This document shows positions 18,785 to 28,208 of a stretch of DNA of 64,000 nucleotides, piece by piece. This DNA comes from Rubrobacteraceae bacterium. GTDB taxonomy: Bacteria > Actinomycetota > Rubrobacteria > Rubrobacterales > Rubrobacteraceae. The notes under the pieces were generated by a model, which was not told the origin of the DNA, did not search any database, and saw only the letters and a list, made by a program, of their open reading frames with translations. The translations under genes and the position numbers were made by a program. The first letter of the stretch is position 1. Each line of letters opens with the position of its first letter. The DNA lies in contig OZ243922.1 in the NCBI GenBank assembly GCA_965213905.1, positions 2,226,230 to 2,290,229 of the forward strand, given 5' to 3'.

Positions 18785-18810
18785 ACCCCCAGAATAGTGG
18801 ACTGGCAAAT

Positions 18811-19656
18811 TTGCAGGCGCTGGTAGACTCCGCCCGCCGTAAAGAAAGCGTCCTAGTGGCGGGTCTCGACCCGTCGCCGGGGCGTTTACCGGCGGAGATC
18901 TCAGATCTAGGTCTCCCGGAGCACCTCGCGGCCTACGAGTTCTGCAGGGGCGTTATGGAGTCTACCGCGGCCGAAATATCGGCCGTAAAACTCCAGTCGG
19001 CGTACTTCGAGAGGCTGGGGCCGCCGGGGGCAAAGGCTTACGCGGACCTCATAAAAGACGCGGCGGAACTCGGCCTGCCAACCATCGCGGACGTGAAACG
19101 TGGCGATATAGGAACCGTCGCCGGGGCGTACGCCGAGGCCCACCTCTCCACGTACGGCGCAACTTGTGTGACGGTGAACCCCTACATGGGCGAAGATGCC
19201 CTGGTGCCGTTTCTGGAAGAGGTGCGGCGCCTGAACCTCGGAGGAGGGGTGTTCGCGCTCGTCGCAACCTCAAACCCCTCCGCCTCGGGGGTGCAAAGCG
19301 CCACCAACCCGCCACTCTACGAAGTCGTGGCGAAGCTCATCAAGGAGTTGGGAGATAAATCCAGAGAGCGCCCGGACATCGGCGCGGTAGTCGGGGTGAC
19401 ACGGCCCGAGATAGGGCGCCGGGTAAGGGAGATACTGCCGGGAGAAATATTTCTAGCGCCGGGTTACGGGGCCCAGGGTGGCGGCGTTTCGGGGGTGAAG
19501 TCCCTACTGGACAAAGAAGGCGGGGGGGTTCTGGTAAACAGCAGCCGGGATATTCTCTACGCCTACGAAGGGTCCGAAACAGGCTACCGGGACGCCGCCC
19601 GGGGGGCCGTCCGGGCGGCAAAGCGCGGGTTGCAAAGTATCGGGACGCACCTCTAG
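18811..19656 (+). CDS. pyrF: orotidine 5'-phosphate decarboxylase (type 2)
   Basis: Motifs VAGLDP, ADVKRGDIG and LAPGYGAQGG. 281 aa, the long actinobacterial type. Confidence 0.85.
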   Translation: MQALVDSARRKESVLVAGLDPSPGRLPAEISDLGLPEHLAAYEFCRGVMESTAAEISAVKLQSAYFERLGPPGAKAYADLIKDAAELGLPTIADVKRGDIGTVAGAYAEAHLSTYGATCVTVNPYMGEDALVPFLEEVRRLNLGGGVFALVATSNPSASGVQSATNPPLYEVVAKLIKELGDKSRERPDIGAVVGVTRPEIGRRVREILPGEIFLAPGYGAQGGGVSGVKSLLDKEGGGVLVNSSRDILYAYEGSETGYRDAARGAVRAAKRGLQSIGTHL

Positions 19657-19701
19657 AACTTTCTTGCTGGCGGGCCCAGATCGCCGGGGCCGAAAATGGT
19701 T

Positions 19702-19794
19702 CTAGAAGAGGTGGAGGACGGCGAAGATCGTCACCACTATAGTCGCCAGGGTTATTACCACGCCGAAAAGCTGTACCAGGCTTTCTCTTTTCAT
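19702..19794 (-). CDS. 30-aa small hydrophobic protein (not in ORF track)
   Basis: Hand translation gives MKRESLVQLFGVVITLATIVVTIFAVLHLF*. GGAAGGAG lies just upstream. Same strand as, and 80 bp downstream of, the TlpA-like gene. Confidence 0.35.
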   Translation of the reverse strand: MKRESLVQLFGVVITLATIVVTIFAVLHLF

Positions 19795-19874
19795 GATCTC
19801 CTTCCAAAGTCTAAGTCTTTTAGTTCGGGTCGTTCTGAGTTTATTCGCCCGCCGCCGGATCAAGCGAAGTTCAT

Positions 19875-20390
19875 TTAAAGCGCCTCTATCGTTTCTTTCA
19901 GAACCTTCTTGTTCTCTTCGTAGTAGTTATTGTAGTAATTGTCCAGCACCAGTTCGATCTCGTCGTTTTTTATTACGAATATCCTCGGCACCCGCTTGAC
20001 GTTGTAGATCGAAGTCAACTTTCCGCTGGAGTCCAGAAGTACGTTGTAGGGAACCTCTCCGTAGTCGTCGGGGATGTTGCTCACGTACACGGCGGCGAAC
20101 GTTACGTCTTCGTCCGCATATTCCCGGGCCATCCGCGAGAAATCTTCTTTGACCATGCTCGAACCCTGGTTTAGGGTACTCCAGAAAGTCAGCACGTAAG
20201 CCCCATCTTCCGAAAGCCGGAATTTATCGCCTTTCAAGGTTTCGGCGGTGAACTGCTGGACGTTTTCTCCCTCGTTCGGGGCGGGCTGCGGTAGCGTGAG
20301 GTTCCCCGTGCCGGTCTCCGGCGAGCCGTAAGACCGCCAGCCGACGGCCAGGACGAGCACCAGAACGACCACGACAAAGAGACGTTTCAC
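19875..20390 (-). CDS. TlpA/ResA-like thioredoxin-fold exported protein lacking the CXXC motif
   Basis: Signal/TM MKRLFVVVVLVLVLAV and thioredoxin-fold layout (VLTFWS..., VPRIFVI). STLNQGS occupies the position where WCxxC is expected. Noticeably AT-richer than neighbours. Confidence 0.6.
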   Translation of the reverse strand: MKRLFVVVVLVLVLAVGWRSYGSPETGTGNLTLPQPAPNEGENVQQFTAETLKGDKFRLSEDGAYVLTFWSTLNQGSSMVKEDFSRMAREYADEDVTFAAVYVSNIPDDYGEVPYNVLLDSSGKLTSIYNVKRVPRIFVIKNDEIELVLDNYYNNYYEENKKVLKETIEAL

Positions 20391-20484
20391 GGCGCTAACG
20401 GATGGGAGAGGTCGAAAGATTCATGGCCGGGAGATTATATCCCCGTCCGGAACGCTTGTCCCGAAGCCCCGAATATCTATACTC

Positions 20485-21678
20485 TTGTGGCCTTTGAACT
20501 CTTTGCGTATAAAAACCGTCGTTTTCGTAGTAGTGCTCGTCCTGCTCCCGCTGTACGGGATGCAGCCGGCTGCCGCCCAACCCCCCGAATCCCCAGAGTC
20601 CCCCGAGTCCGGCGGGGTCGGCCGGTCATCGGCCCCGGAGGTGGCGGCCCGGGCGTGGGCGTTGACGGACGTCCGTACCGGCGAGGTACTAGCGGGGAAG
20701 AATTCTTCCAGGGAGCTCCCGATGGCTTCTACCACCAAGATCATGCTGGCCCTCGTAACGCTCGAAGAGTCAAACCTCGACGAAGAAGTCACCATCTCCC
20801 AAAAAGCCGCCTCCTACGCGACACCGGCGTACAGCAATGTGGGCCTCTTTGCCGGGGATACTTTGAGCGTCCGGGAGCTTTTGATGGCCTCGCTAATATC
20901 TTCCGGCGACGACGCGGCCCGCGCCCTGGCCGAGCACCTGGGTGACGGCGACGCCGGGAGACTGGTCGAGAAGATGAACCGCGAGGCCGGAGAGCTCGGG
21001 CTCGAAGACACCCACTTCGAGAACGCGGTGGGCTTCGACGCCCGCGACCACCACTCCAGCGCCCGGGACCTGGCGGAGATGGCCCGCGCCGCTATGGAGT
21101 ACCCGGAGTTCCGCGAGCTGGTCGCGACTACCGAGACCAGCATCACCACCCGGGACCGCACGATACCGCTCGTCAACACGAACGAGCTACTTCTCACCTA
21201 CGGCCCCACAACCGGCGTCAAAACGGGCACCACGCCCGCCGCCGGGCCAAGCCTCGTGTCGGCCGCCGAGTCCGGAAACGAGTCCTACATAACGGTCGTG
21301 TTGGACGACGAGCAGCGCTTTATAGACTCGGCGGCGCTTTTAGAGTACGGGTTCGAGGCTTACGACCGCCGGAACCTGGCCTCGGAGGGCGAGCAATACG
21401 CGAAAGTAGGCGTGCCGTACCGGCGGGGCCAAGAGATAGACCTGATCGCCGAAAAGGACGTGCCGGGCCTGGTAGAAGGGAAGCCGGACGTAGAGCGCGA
21501 GGCCAACGTCCGGGAGAAGTTGCCGGGCTCGATTCGCCCCGGCGCGAAGCTCGGGGAGCTCGTCGTAAAGGTGGATGGTGAGCGCGTGGGGACGTCGGCG
21601 TTGGTTGCCCGGAAGGGGTACGGGGAAGCCTCCGTCGGTGAGAAGGTGTGGTATACCGTGGAGGGAATTTTCGAGTAA
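20485..21678 (+). CDS. D-alanyl-D-alanine carboxypeptidase (S11 family)
   Basis: Signal peptide, SxxK (ASTTK), SxN-like (SSGDD) and KTGT motifs. Confidence 0.88.
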   Translation: MWPLNSLRIKTVVFVVVLVLLPLYGMQPAAAQPPESPESPESGGVGRSSAPEVAARAWALTDVRTGEVLAGKNSSRELPMASTTKIMLALVTLEESNLDEEVTISQKAASYATPAYSNVGLFAGDTLSVRELLMASLISSGDDAARALAEHLGDGDAGRLVEKMNREAGELGLEDTHFENAVGFDARDHHSSARDLAEMARAAMEYPEFRELVATTETSITTRDRTIPLVNTNELLLTYGPTTGVKTGTTPAAGPSLVSAAESGNESYITVVLDDEQRFIDSAALLEYGFEAYDRRNLASEGEQYAKVGVPYRRGQEIDLIAEKDVPGLVEGKPDVEREANVREKLPGSIRPGAKLGELVVKVDGERVGTSALVARKGYGEASVGEKVWYTVEGIFE

Positions 21679-21708
21679 GTTCGAAAAGGGGAGAGAAGGG
21701 AACCGAAG

Positions 21709-22668
21709 ATGATCCTGACCGTAACCCTTAACGCTGCCGTCGCCCAGACGCTCGTGGTCCCGAGCCTCACGCTGGGGCACCGTCACCGGGTACAGGAGAG
21801 TGTAGCCCTGGCCGGCGGCAAGGGCATAAACGTTGCCCGGAGCCTGCGTACCCTGGGCGTGCCGGTTCTTGCTACGGGGCTCGTCGGCGGACGAAACGCG
21901 GACGCCGTGCGGGACGGCCTCTCGGAGGCGGCCATACCGTTCGACCTCGTGGAGATCGAAGGCCACTCCAGGACTTCGACCGCTATCATAGACCCGACCA
22001 GCGGGGCGCAAACGGAGATCAACGAGTACGGCCCGGAAGTCAGCCCCCACGAACTCCAGGAGTTTTCCCGCCGGCTGGAGCACCTGATGGAGTACGCCAC
22101 TGCGATAGTCTTCGCCGGGAGCCTGCCGCCAAACGTGGAGGAGAGTTTTCTGGTCGGCCTCGTAAAGCGGGCGCGCGACCGAGACCTCTACACCGTGGTG
22201 GACTCGACTCCGACGGTGCTGCGCTCCGCCCTCAAGGCAAACCCGTCGCTCGTCAGCCCGAACCAGCACGAGGCCGAGAGCGTGGTCGGCTTCGACTTTA
22301 TCGAGGAGGAAGACTTTCCAAGAGCCCTCGGACGTCTAGTCGAACTCGGGGGCGAGGGGGCGTGCATAACGCTCTCCGAAGGACACTCCTACCTGACCTC
22401 CGGTAAAGACCTGATCTGCGCCCGGGCGCCAAAGGTGGAGACGCGCTCTACGGTGGGGAGTGGCGACGCCTACCTGGCCGGACTCTTGGCGGGCCTCTTA
22501 CACCGGAACCTCACCACCACCGACTCCGTGCGGCTCGCCGCCGGTTGCGCCGCCGCCAACGCCGAAACCCTCGGGGCCGGGATGCTAGAAGCCCGCCGGG
22601 CCGAAGAACTCGCCGAGTCCGTGGAGGCCGAAATTCAGTCTCTCAACCTGGAAGCCGACCGCGTCTAG
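21709..22668 (+). CDS. 1-phosphofructokinase / tagatose-6-phosphate kinase family (PfkB)
   Basis: MILTVTLNAAV..., GGKGINVAR, C-terminal GSGDAYLAG. Confidence 0.85.
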   Translation: MILTVTLNAAVAQTLVVPSLTLGHRHRVQESVALAGGKGINVARSLRTLGVPVLATGLVGGRNADAVRDGLSEAAIPFDLVEIEGHSRTSTAIIDPTSGAQTEINEYGPEVSPHELQEFSRRLEHLMEYATAIVFAGSLPPNVEESFLVGLVKRARDRDLYTVVDSTPTVLRSALKANPSLVSPNQHEAESVVGFDFIEEEDFPRALGRLVELGGEGACITLSEGHSYLTSGKDLICARAPKVETRSTVGSGDAYLAGLLAGLLHRNLTTTDSVRLAAGCAAANAETLGAGMLEARRAEELAESVEAEIQSLNLEADRV

Positions 22669-22769
22669 GGGTTCTTTTGGGAAGCCTGGGCGGCCCGGTT
22701 ATGCTGCCGTCCCGTGCTAAAATAAGGCGCTGCAAGTCGTTATCCCAAAGAGATGGAGGTCAACCTGTT

Positions 22770-23081
22770 ATGGCGGTCGCAGAAGTAACGGACGCCAACT
22801 TCGAGGGCGAAGTCCTCAAGGCGGACAAACCGGTAATAGTAGATTTCTGGGCGCCGTGGTGCGCGCCGTGCCGCAGGATCTCTCCCATCCTCGAAGAGAT
22901 GTCCGAGGACAGGCAAGACGTACAGTTTTTCAAGATGAACGTGGATGACAACCCATCCACGGCAATGAACTACGGCGTCTCCAGTATCCCGACGATAGTT
23001 CGCTTCGAGGGCGGTCAAGAGACGCAGAAAGCGGTCGGGGCGCTGCCCAAAAACCAGCTTTCGTCGCAGCTCGGGTTGTAG
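22770..23081 (+). CDS. trxA: thioredoxin
   Basis: VIVDFWAPWCAPCRRISP active site and GGAGG 10 nt before ATG 22770. The track N-terminal extension (from 22545) is an Arg-rich shadow frame. Confidence 0.95.
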   Translation: MAVAEVTDANFEGEVLKADKPVIVDFWAPWCAPCRRISPILEEMSEDRQDVQFFKMNVDDNPSTAMNYGVSSIPTIVRFEGGQETQKAVGALPKNQLSSQLGL

Positions 23082-23211
23082 CCCGTTTCTAATTGCAACG
23101 AGGAAGCCGGACGGTTACAATCCCGGACTGGTAGCCCAAAGAAGGAGCTTTCGAAACGTTGCTCCGGAGGGTAATTGTCAAGAACGTATGAGTTTTAGAG
23201 GAGGTACTTAG

Positions 23212-23481
23212 ATGAAATTCAAACCACTCGGAGAGCGCGCGTTGGTCAAGATGGTCGAGCGGGAGCAGACGACCGCTTCCGGAATCGTTTTGCCGGACAC
23301 AGCCAAAGAGAAGCCGCAGACGGCGGAGGTCGTCGCGGTCGGCGAGTTTGAGAACGGCGTACAGGTTAGCGAGGGAGACGTAATCGTCTTCGCCAAGTAC
23401 TCGGGAACCGAGATCAAGCTGGACGGCGACGATTTCATGATTTTGGATGCCGAAGACATCCTCGGGGTCGTAGAGGACTAA
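23212..23481 (+). CDS. groES: co-chaperonin GroES
   Basis: MKFKPLGERALVKMVEREQTTASGIVLPDTAKEKPQTAEVVAVG, canonical Cpn10. GGAGG RBS. Confidence 0.95.
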   Translation: MKFKPLGERALVKMVEREQTTASGIVLPDTAKEKPQTAEVVAVGEFENGVQVSEGDVIVFAKYSGTEIKLDGDDFMILDAEDILGVVED

Positions 23482-23515
23482 TACTCTACCGGGAGTAATT
23501 TCTGGGCAAGAGAGG

Positions 23516-23556
23516 GCGCCGGACGCACTAGTAGCGTCCCGGCGCTTCTCTTTGTT
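23516..23556 (+). terminator. rho-independent terminator after groES
   Basis: GCGCCGGACGC / GCGTCCCGGCGC stem (one bulge) followed by TTCTCTTTGTT. Confidence 0.7.
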
Positions 23557-23609
23557 GGCCGCGAGACTCCCGGGTCGAACAGAGATTTCTAGGGAGGATC
23601 GGCCGGACC

Positions 23610-24680
23610 TTGCGTACGTTGAGGAGAGGAGACCGCGGTAGGGAAGTCGTGGATCTCCAGACCCGTTTACAGGCCCTGGGCTTCGACTTCGGCAACCGGG
23701 GCATAGACGGCGTGTTCGGCCCCGTTACCGAAAGGGCCGTCCGGGCTTTCCAGCAAAACACCAGCATTCTCTCCGACGGCAAAGTGGGGTGGCCGACCTG
23801 GAACGAAATCGTGGAGGCCGGCTATCGTCCCGGTGGACGTTTGATCTACTTGCGCCAGCCGCCTTTTCGGGGGGCGGACGTGATGCAGCTCCAGCGGATG
23901 CTCAACGACCTGGGCTTTGATCCGGGCGCCGTTAACGGTCTTTTGGACGAGCGTACGGCGCGCGCCGTGCGGGATTTTCAGAGAAACGCCGGGCTGACGG
24001 TGGACGGGGTGGTGGACGAAACGGTTTTCAAAGTCCTTGGCACCTACGCCTCGCAAAGCCTCGGCACCCACCAACTACCGGATAAGAGCGGCGGGTACTT
24101 CCCGGAGGACATCTTCTCGGGGACCATCGTCGTGGACGCGGCCCACGGCGGGCGTGACAGGGGGTACGTCTGCCCGAACGGCCTCTCCGAAGCCGACCTG
24201 AACCTGGCGGTCGCCGAAGAGCTGGCCCAGATACTACCGGCCCACGAGATCCTCCTGACCCGCAGCGACGACGAAGAGATCTCTCCCGCAGACCGGGCGG
24301 TTGTCGCCAACGAATCCGGGGCAAAGATGGTAGTCTCTATCCACCACGCCGCCCACCACTCACCAACGGCCAGCGGTACGGCCTCTTTCTACTTCGAGCG
24401 GTTGGGATACCAGTCCCATCGCGGACGCATGGCCGCCACCTACATCCAACGCGGACTGAGCCGGACCCTCGACACTTGCGATATTGGGGAGTTCGGCCGC
24501 TCCTACGGCATACTACGCGAGACGAATATACCGGCGATCATGCTAGAGCCACTCTTTCTTACGAACCCGGGAAACCTGGAGCTGGCCTCAGATCCCTACT
24601 ACCCCGTCACCGTCTCCGAAGCCATAGCCGGCGCCCTGGAACTCTACGCGAGCCGCGACGACGGCTTTATAGCGGTTTAG
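23610..24680 (+). CDS. N-acetylmuramoyl-L-alanine amidase with two PG-binding repeats
   Basis: Two PG_binding_1-like repeats (GDRGREVVDLQTRLQALGF..., GADVMQLQRMLNDLGF...), then an Amidase_3 core (VVDAAHGGRDRG, VSIHHAA). Confidence 0.85.
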   Translation: MRTLRRGDRGREVVDLQTRLQALGFDFGNRGIDGVFGPVTERAVRAFQQNTSILSDGKVGWPTWNEIVEAGYRPGGRLIYLRQPPFRGADVMQLQRMLNDLGFDPGAVNGLLDERTARAVRDFQRNAGLTVDGVVDETVFKVLGTYASQSLGTHQLPDKSGGYFPEDIFSGTIVVDAAHGGRDRGYVCPNGLSEADLNLAVAEELAQILPAHEILLTRSDDEEISPADRAVVANESGAKMVVSIHHAAHHSPTASGTASFYFERLGYQSHRGRMAATYIQRGLSRTLDTCDIGEFGRSYGILRETNIPAIMLEPLFLTNPGNLELASDPYYPVTVSEAIAGALELYASRDDGFIAV

Positions 24681-24810
24681 GCTTCAGGCCTCGGATTTCA
24701 GATCGTTCAGGTCGCTTCGTCGCTTCGGAGTTGCGACCCTCGCTTTCAGCAACTTCGGGTTTTCCGAAACCTGACACCTCCGATCCGGCTGGTATAATAC
24801 CCCCCGCAGT

Positions 24811-24884
24811 CGGGACGTAGCGCAGCCTGGTAGCGCGCCTCGTTCGGGACGAGGAGGTCGGAGGTTCGAATCCTCTCGTCCCGA
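24811..24884 (+). tRNA. tRNA-Pro (CGG)
   Basis: Hand-folded cloverleaf: acceptor CGGGACG/CGTCCCG, anticodon arm CCTCG-TTCGGGA-CGAGG, T-arm GGAGG-TTCGAAT-CCTCT. 74 nt, no encoded CCA. Confidence 0.9.
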
Positions 24885-24890
24885 CTCTTT

Positions 24891-24915
24891 TAGGGATTTT
24901 CCCTAACTTTTATCT
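24891..24915 (+). terminator. weak hairpin plus T-tract after tRNA-Pro
   Basis: TAGGGA-TTT-TCCCTA followed by ACTTTTATCTT. Confidence 0.45.
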
Positions 24916-24928
24916 TCCGATCCGGCGG

Positions 24929-26824
24929 TTATAGTTTGGCTTCTTCGGCCTCTTCCAGAAGCGTACCCCAATCTTCGTAGAGGTTCTCCAGCACGCTTTT
25001 TAGCTGACGGTGCTCCGTAACTACTTTGCGGGAGCGCTCCCCGTCGGCGTAGAGTTCCGAGGTGGCAAGCTCTTTCTCCAAACGACCTATGCGACGTTCG
25101 GTGGCGTCTATCTCACCCTCCACCGCGACCAACCGGGTGGCGATGATGCTCTGGTTCTTGTCTAACCCGGGACGCACCCGCTGCCGGGGCGTCTTTTTGC
25201 CGCCCTCCCGGACGTCTAGACGCCGGTAGGAGCGGTAGTAGTCGTAGCCACCGGGATAGTTGGTGAGCTTTTTGTCGCCCAACTCGACCACGCGGGTCGC
25301 GAGCTTCCTGAGAAAGTACCGGTCGTGGGAGATAAAAAATATTGTGCCTTTGTATTGGAGCAATGCTTCTTCCAGGGCTTCGCGGGCGGGAATGTCCAGG
25401 TTGTTCGTCGGTTCGTCCAGCAGGAGGAAGTTGGCGTCGCTGACCACGATCTCCGCGAGCGAGAGCCGGTTTTTCTCGCCGCCCGATAAAGATGAGACTT
25501 TCTTGAACACGTCGTCGCCGGAGAAGAGGAACGAGCCCAGAAGGTCTCGTGTGTCGGGGGCATCGAGGCCCGTCGCGTCCATGGCTTCTTGCAGGACGGT
25601 TTTACCGCCTTCGAGCCGGGCGAGTTGTTGGTCCTGGTAGGCGGGCGTAACGTTGTGACCGAGACGGGTCCGTCCGCCGCGGGGTTCCAGCTCTCCGGTC
25701 GCGAGCCGCATTATGGTGCTCTTGCCGGTCCCGTTCGGGCCCATGAGCGCGACGCGCTCCCCGCGCTCGACCACGAGGTTCAGTTCTTGCAGTAGCGGTT
25801 CGCCGTCCTCCTCGTAGGCATAACCAACCTCCTCCATCTCCAGGACCACGCGGCCCGCGCGCCGGGTCTCTTCACCGAGGTCCAGCCGGATGTTCTTCGA
25901 GCTTCGTCCCGGGTCGTCGATCTTCTCCATCCGGTCCAGGAGTTTCTGTTTGCTCTTTGCCTGGCTGGCTTTTTTCGCTTTGGCGCGGTTTTTCTCGATA
26001 AACCGTTCCAGTTGCTCGCGGCGCTCGGCGTTCGCTTTGGCTTTGCGGGCGAGTTGCTCGTCGCGGGCCGCTTTTTCGCGGACGTAGCCGCTGTAGTTGC
26101 CCGGGTAGCGGACGAGCTTTCCGTCTTCCAATTCCACGATGGAGCCTGCCACGGCGTCCAGAAAGTAGCGGTCGTGGGAGACCACGAGTATGGCGCTACG
26201 GGCGTTCTTTATAAAGCCTTCCAGCCACTCTATAGCCCGGAGGTCCAGGTGGTTCGTGGGCTCGTCGAGCAGAACGAGATCCGGCTCCTCCAGAAGCAGC
26301 CTCGCGAGCGCCACGTGGCTCTGCTCGCCGCCGGAGAAAGACCCGACCGGGCGCTTCCAATCTTCGGGGGCGAAGCCTAAGGACGAGAGGGCCGAGGCCG
26401 CCCGCGCCCGGTAGGCGTAACCGCCGTCCCGCTCGAACTCGGCCTGGAACCTCCCGTAGCGTTCCAGAAGGGCGTCGGAGGGGTTTTCGGCCAGTTCGTT
26501 CTCCAGTTCTTCGAGTTCTTTTTCGCGCAGGATCAGGGGCTCGAAAGCCGACAGTAGCTCTTCTTCGATGGAGACTCGCCCGCGCTCGCCCGCGTAGAGG
26601 TTCTGCGGCGTCATCCTCACCCGGGCGCCGCCGATGCGCTCGACGCCGCCGGCCTCTGTATCCGAGTTACCGGAGAGCACGTTGAGCAGGGTCGTCTTGC
26701 CGACCCCGTTGCGTCCGACCAGCCCGATCTTCTCCCCAGACTCGACGGCGAGCGAGGCCCCGGAGAGAATCTTCAAATCCCCCCCGTGATATTTGACCAA
26801 ATCTCTCGCTATAACGACTTTCAC
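24929..26824 (-). CDS. ABC-F family ATPase (translation-associated, two ABC domains)
   Basis: Two Walker A sites (GRNGVGKTT, GPNGTGKST), two LSGGE signatures, a charged inter-domain linker and no TM domain. Confidence 0.9.
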   Translation of the reverse strand: MKVVIARDLVKYHGGDLKILSGASLAVESGEKIGLVGRNGVGKTTLLNVLSGNSDTEAGGVERIGGARVRMTPQNLYAGERGRVSIEEELLSAFEPLILREKELEELENELAENPSDALLERYGRFQAEFERDGGYAYRARAASALSSLGFAPEDWKRPVGSFSGGEQSHVALARLLLEEPDLVLLDEPTNHLDLRAIEWLEGFIKNARSAILVVSHDRYFLDAVAGSIVELEDGKLVRYPGNYSGYVREKAARDEQLARKAKANAERREQLERFIEKNRAKAKKASQAKSKQKLLDRMEKIDDPGRSSKNIRLDLGEETRRAGRVVLEMEEVGYAYEEDGEPLLQELNLVVERGERVALMGPNGTGKSTIMRLATGELEPRGGRTRLGHNVTPAYQDQQLARLEGGKTVLQEAMDATGLDAPDTRDLLGSFLFSGDDVFKKVSSLSGGEKNRLSLAEIVVSDANFLLLDEPTNNLDIPAREALEEALLQYKGTIFFISHDRYFLRKLATRVVELGDKKLTNYPGGYDYYRSYRRLDVREGGKKTPRQRVRPGLDKNQSIIATRLVAVEGEIDATERRIGRLEKELATSELYADGERSRKVVTEHRQLKSVLENLYEDWGTLLEEAEEAKL

Positions 26825-26937
26825 GCCGATGAAATTACCACGTTACAGAAATCTATCTAGCCCGCCGGTAGAAAATCCTTCCCGCCGTCGTTGTCCGCAA
26901 TTGCCCGGACGAGCCTGTTCTGGGATAAGCTTCGAAC

Positions 26938-27753
26938 GTGAAAGAGGTCGGGAAAAGAATGCCGGAAGGGCCACCCGGAGGTCCTTTGACACCAGAGGAG
27001 CGGGTGGAGTTCGAGGAGGGTTTGATCTCTTTTTCCGACCGCCAGTTGGGTTTGCTGGGCGACATCCGGGGCCTGGACGTACTCTACGCCGGTGGCTTTT
27101 CGCTGCTCTGGATCGAGGGCCTCAGCCAGCGTATCGGTGAGGGTGGGAGCCTCACCGTGCTGGATCTCGACGAGGAAGCCCTCGGAGAAACCAACGAGCG
27201 GCTCGCGGAAGCCGGCCTCGCGGCCCCGGTAAGCCTCGTCGCGGGGGATGTTTTCTCGCCGCCCTTCAGGGACGGAAGTTTCGATCTCGCCTACTCTGCG
27301 GGCCTCTTCCACGAACTGGACGTGACGGAGAGGGCCGCGGACAAAGCATTGCAAGCCCTAGCGCGCGCCGTGCGCCGCGGCGGGCGGGTGGCGACCACGG
27401 ACTTCGTAGACTCCACGCCGGCCGTCCAGATCGAGGACGAACGCCTCCGGGCGGCCGTCTGGGACGAACTACACGGGCGGAAGCTCTACAGCATCGGCCC
27501 GCCGGAGAGGCTCGCCGCGGTGCACGAGAGCTACTTGGAAAACGTCGAGAAACGCACCTTAAGACCTTATTCCGTAGAACATCTCGGGAAGATCATCTTA
27601 GCCGAGAAAGAGCCGGAAGAGCTATCTTTTCTACCCCCCGAAGCGCGGGATGGTTGGCGCGGGCGATACGAAATCCTTCGGGAACGCATCCGGCGCGAAG
27701 GCTACACGCGGCCCGCGACGCTGTATCTGGAGGGACGAACCCCTGGCGGCTAA
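26938..27753 (+). CDS. class I SAM-dependent methyltransferase
   Basis: Rossmann motif I-like VLYAGGFSLLW..., post-I acidic LDLDEEAL, and DLAYSAGLFHEL. Confidence 0.65.
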   Translation: MKEVGKRMPEGPPGGPLTPEERVEFEEGLISFSDRQLGLLGDIRGLDVLYAGGFSLLWIEGLSQRIGEGGSLTVLDLDEEALGETNERLAEAGLAAPVSLVAGDVFSPPFRDGSFDLAYSAGLFHELDVTERAADKALQALARAVRRGGRVATTDFVDSTPAVQIEDERLRAAVWDELHGRKLYSIGPPERLAAVHESYLENVEKRTLRPYSVEHLGKIILAEKEPEELSFLPPEARDGWRGRYEILRERIRREGYTRPATLYLEGRTPGG

Positions 27754-28187
27754 CCTTTCTTCTCTTCCGGGCTCCTCCACGAGAGCCGGTCCGGATCGTA
27801 GCCGAGGTCTACTGCGGCGTCGCGGATGAAAGTGTCGGTGCGGAGGGCGAAGGGTAGCCAACCCTTATAACGCTCGTAGGCTTCTTCCGCCTCCGGACGC
27901 GGGTTTTCGAGGCCCGTCATGTCCCGCATATCCTGGTCCATCTCGATAAACCTCGAAAGCCAGGTGTCGTCGTTGCGCCCTTCGTTCAGGGCGACCGAGA
28001 AGGCTTCGTACGAGACGTAGTCGGGCTCTTCTTCCGCATAATGGGGGACGAACCTTTCTCTCATGCCGCCCATCACCTCCTCGACGCCGGTCAGCAGGGT
28101 GGGCAGGCCCGGTCCTTCGGCGGCGGGGTGGTCTTTCGGGAGTCCCCAGCGCAGGGCGGCGGCCGTTTCGCTGACCACCCGGAACAC
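27750..28187 (-). CDS. hypothetical protein
   Basis: 145-aa acidic ORF directly downstream of the K+ channel gene on the same strand. No family recognised. Confidence 0.45.
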   Translation of the reverse strand: MFRVVSETAAALRWGLPKDHPAAEGPGLPTLLTGVEEVMGGMRERFVPHYAEEEPDYVSYEAFSVALNEGRNDDTWLSRFIEMDQDMRDMTGLENPRPEAEEAYERYKGWLPFALRTDTFIRDAAVDLGYDPDRLSWRSPEEKKG

Positions 28188-28208
28188 GTACGGGATAGAG
28201 CGCCGGGC

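Noticed and set aside
21340-22269. 309-aa minus-strand ORF spanning the carboxypeptidase/PfkB junction
   Set aside because: It overlaps two well-supported plus-strand genes and their intergenic region. Its sequence is Arg/Pro/Gly-rich and featureless.
23082-23211. CIRCE or HAIR heat-shock operator upstream of groES
   Set aside because: Neither consensus is present. Only a short GGAGC...GCTCC hairpin around the TTTCGAAA palindrome is found.
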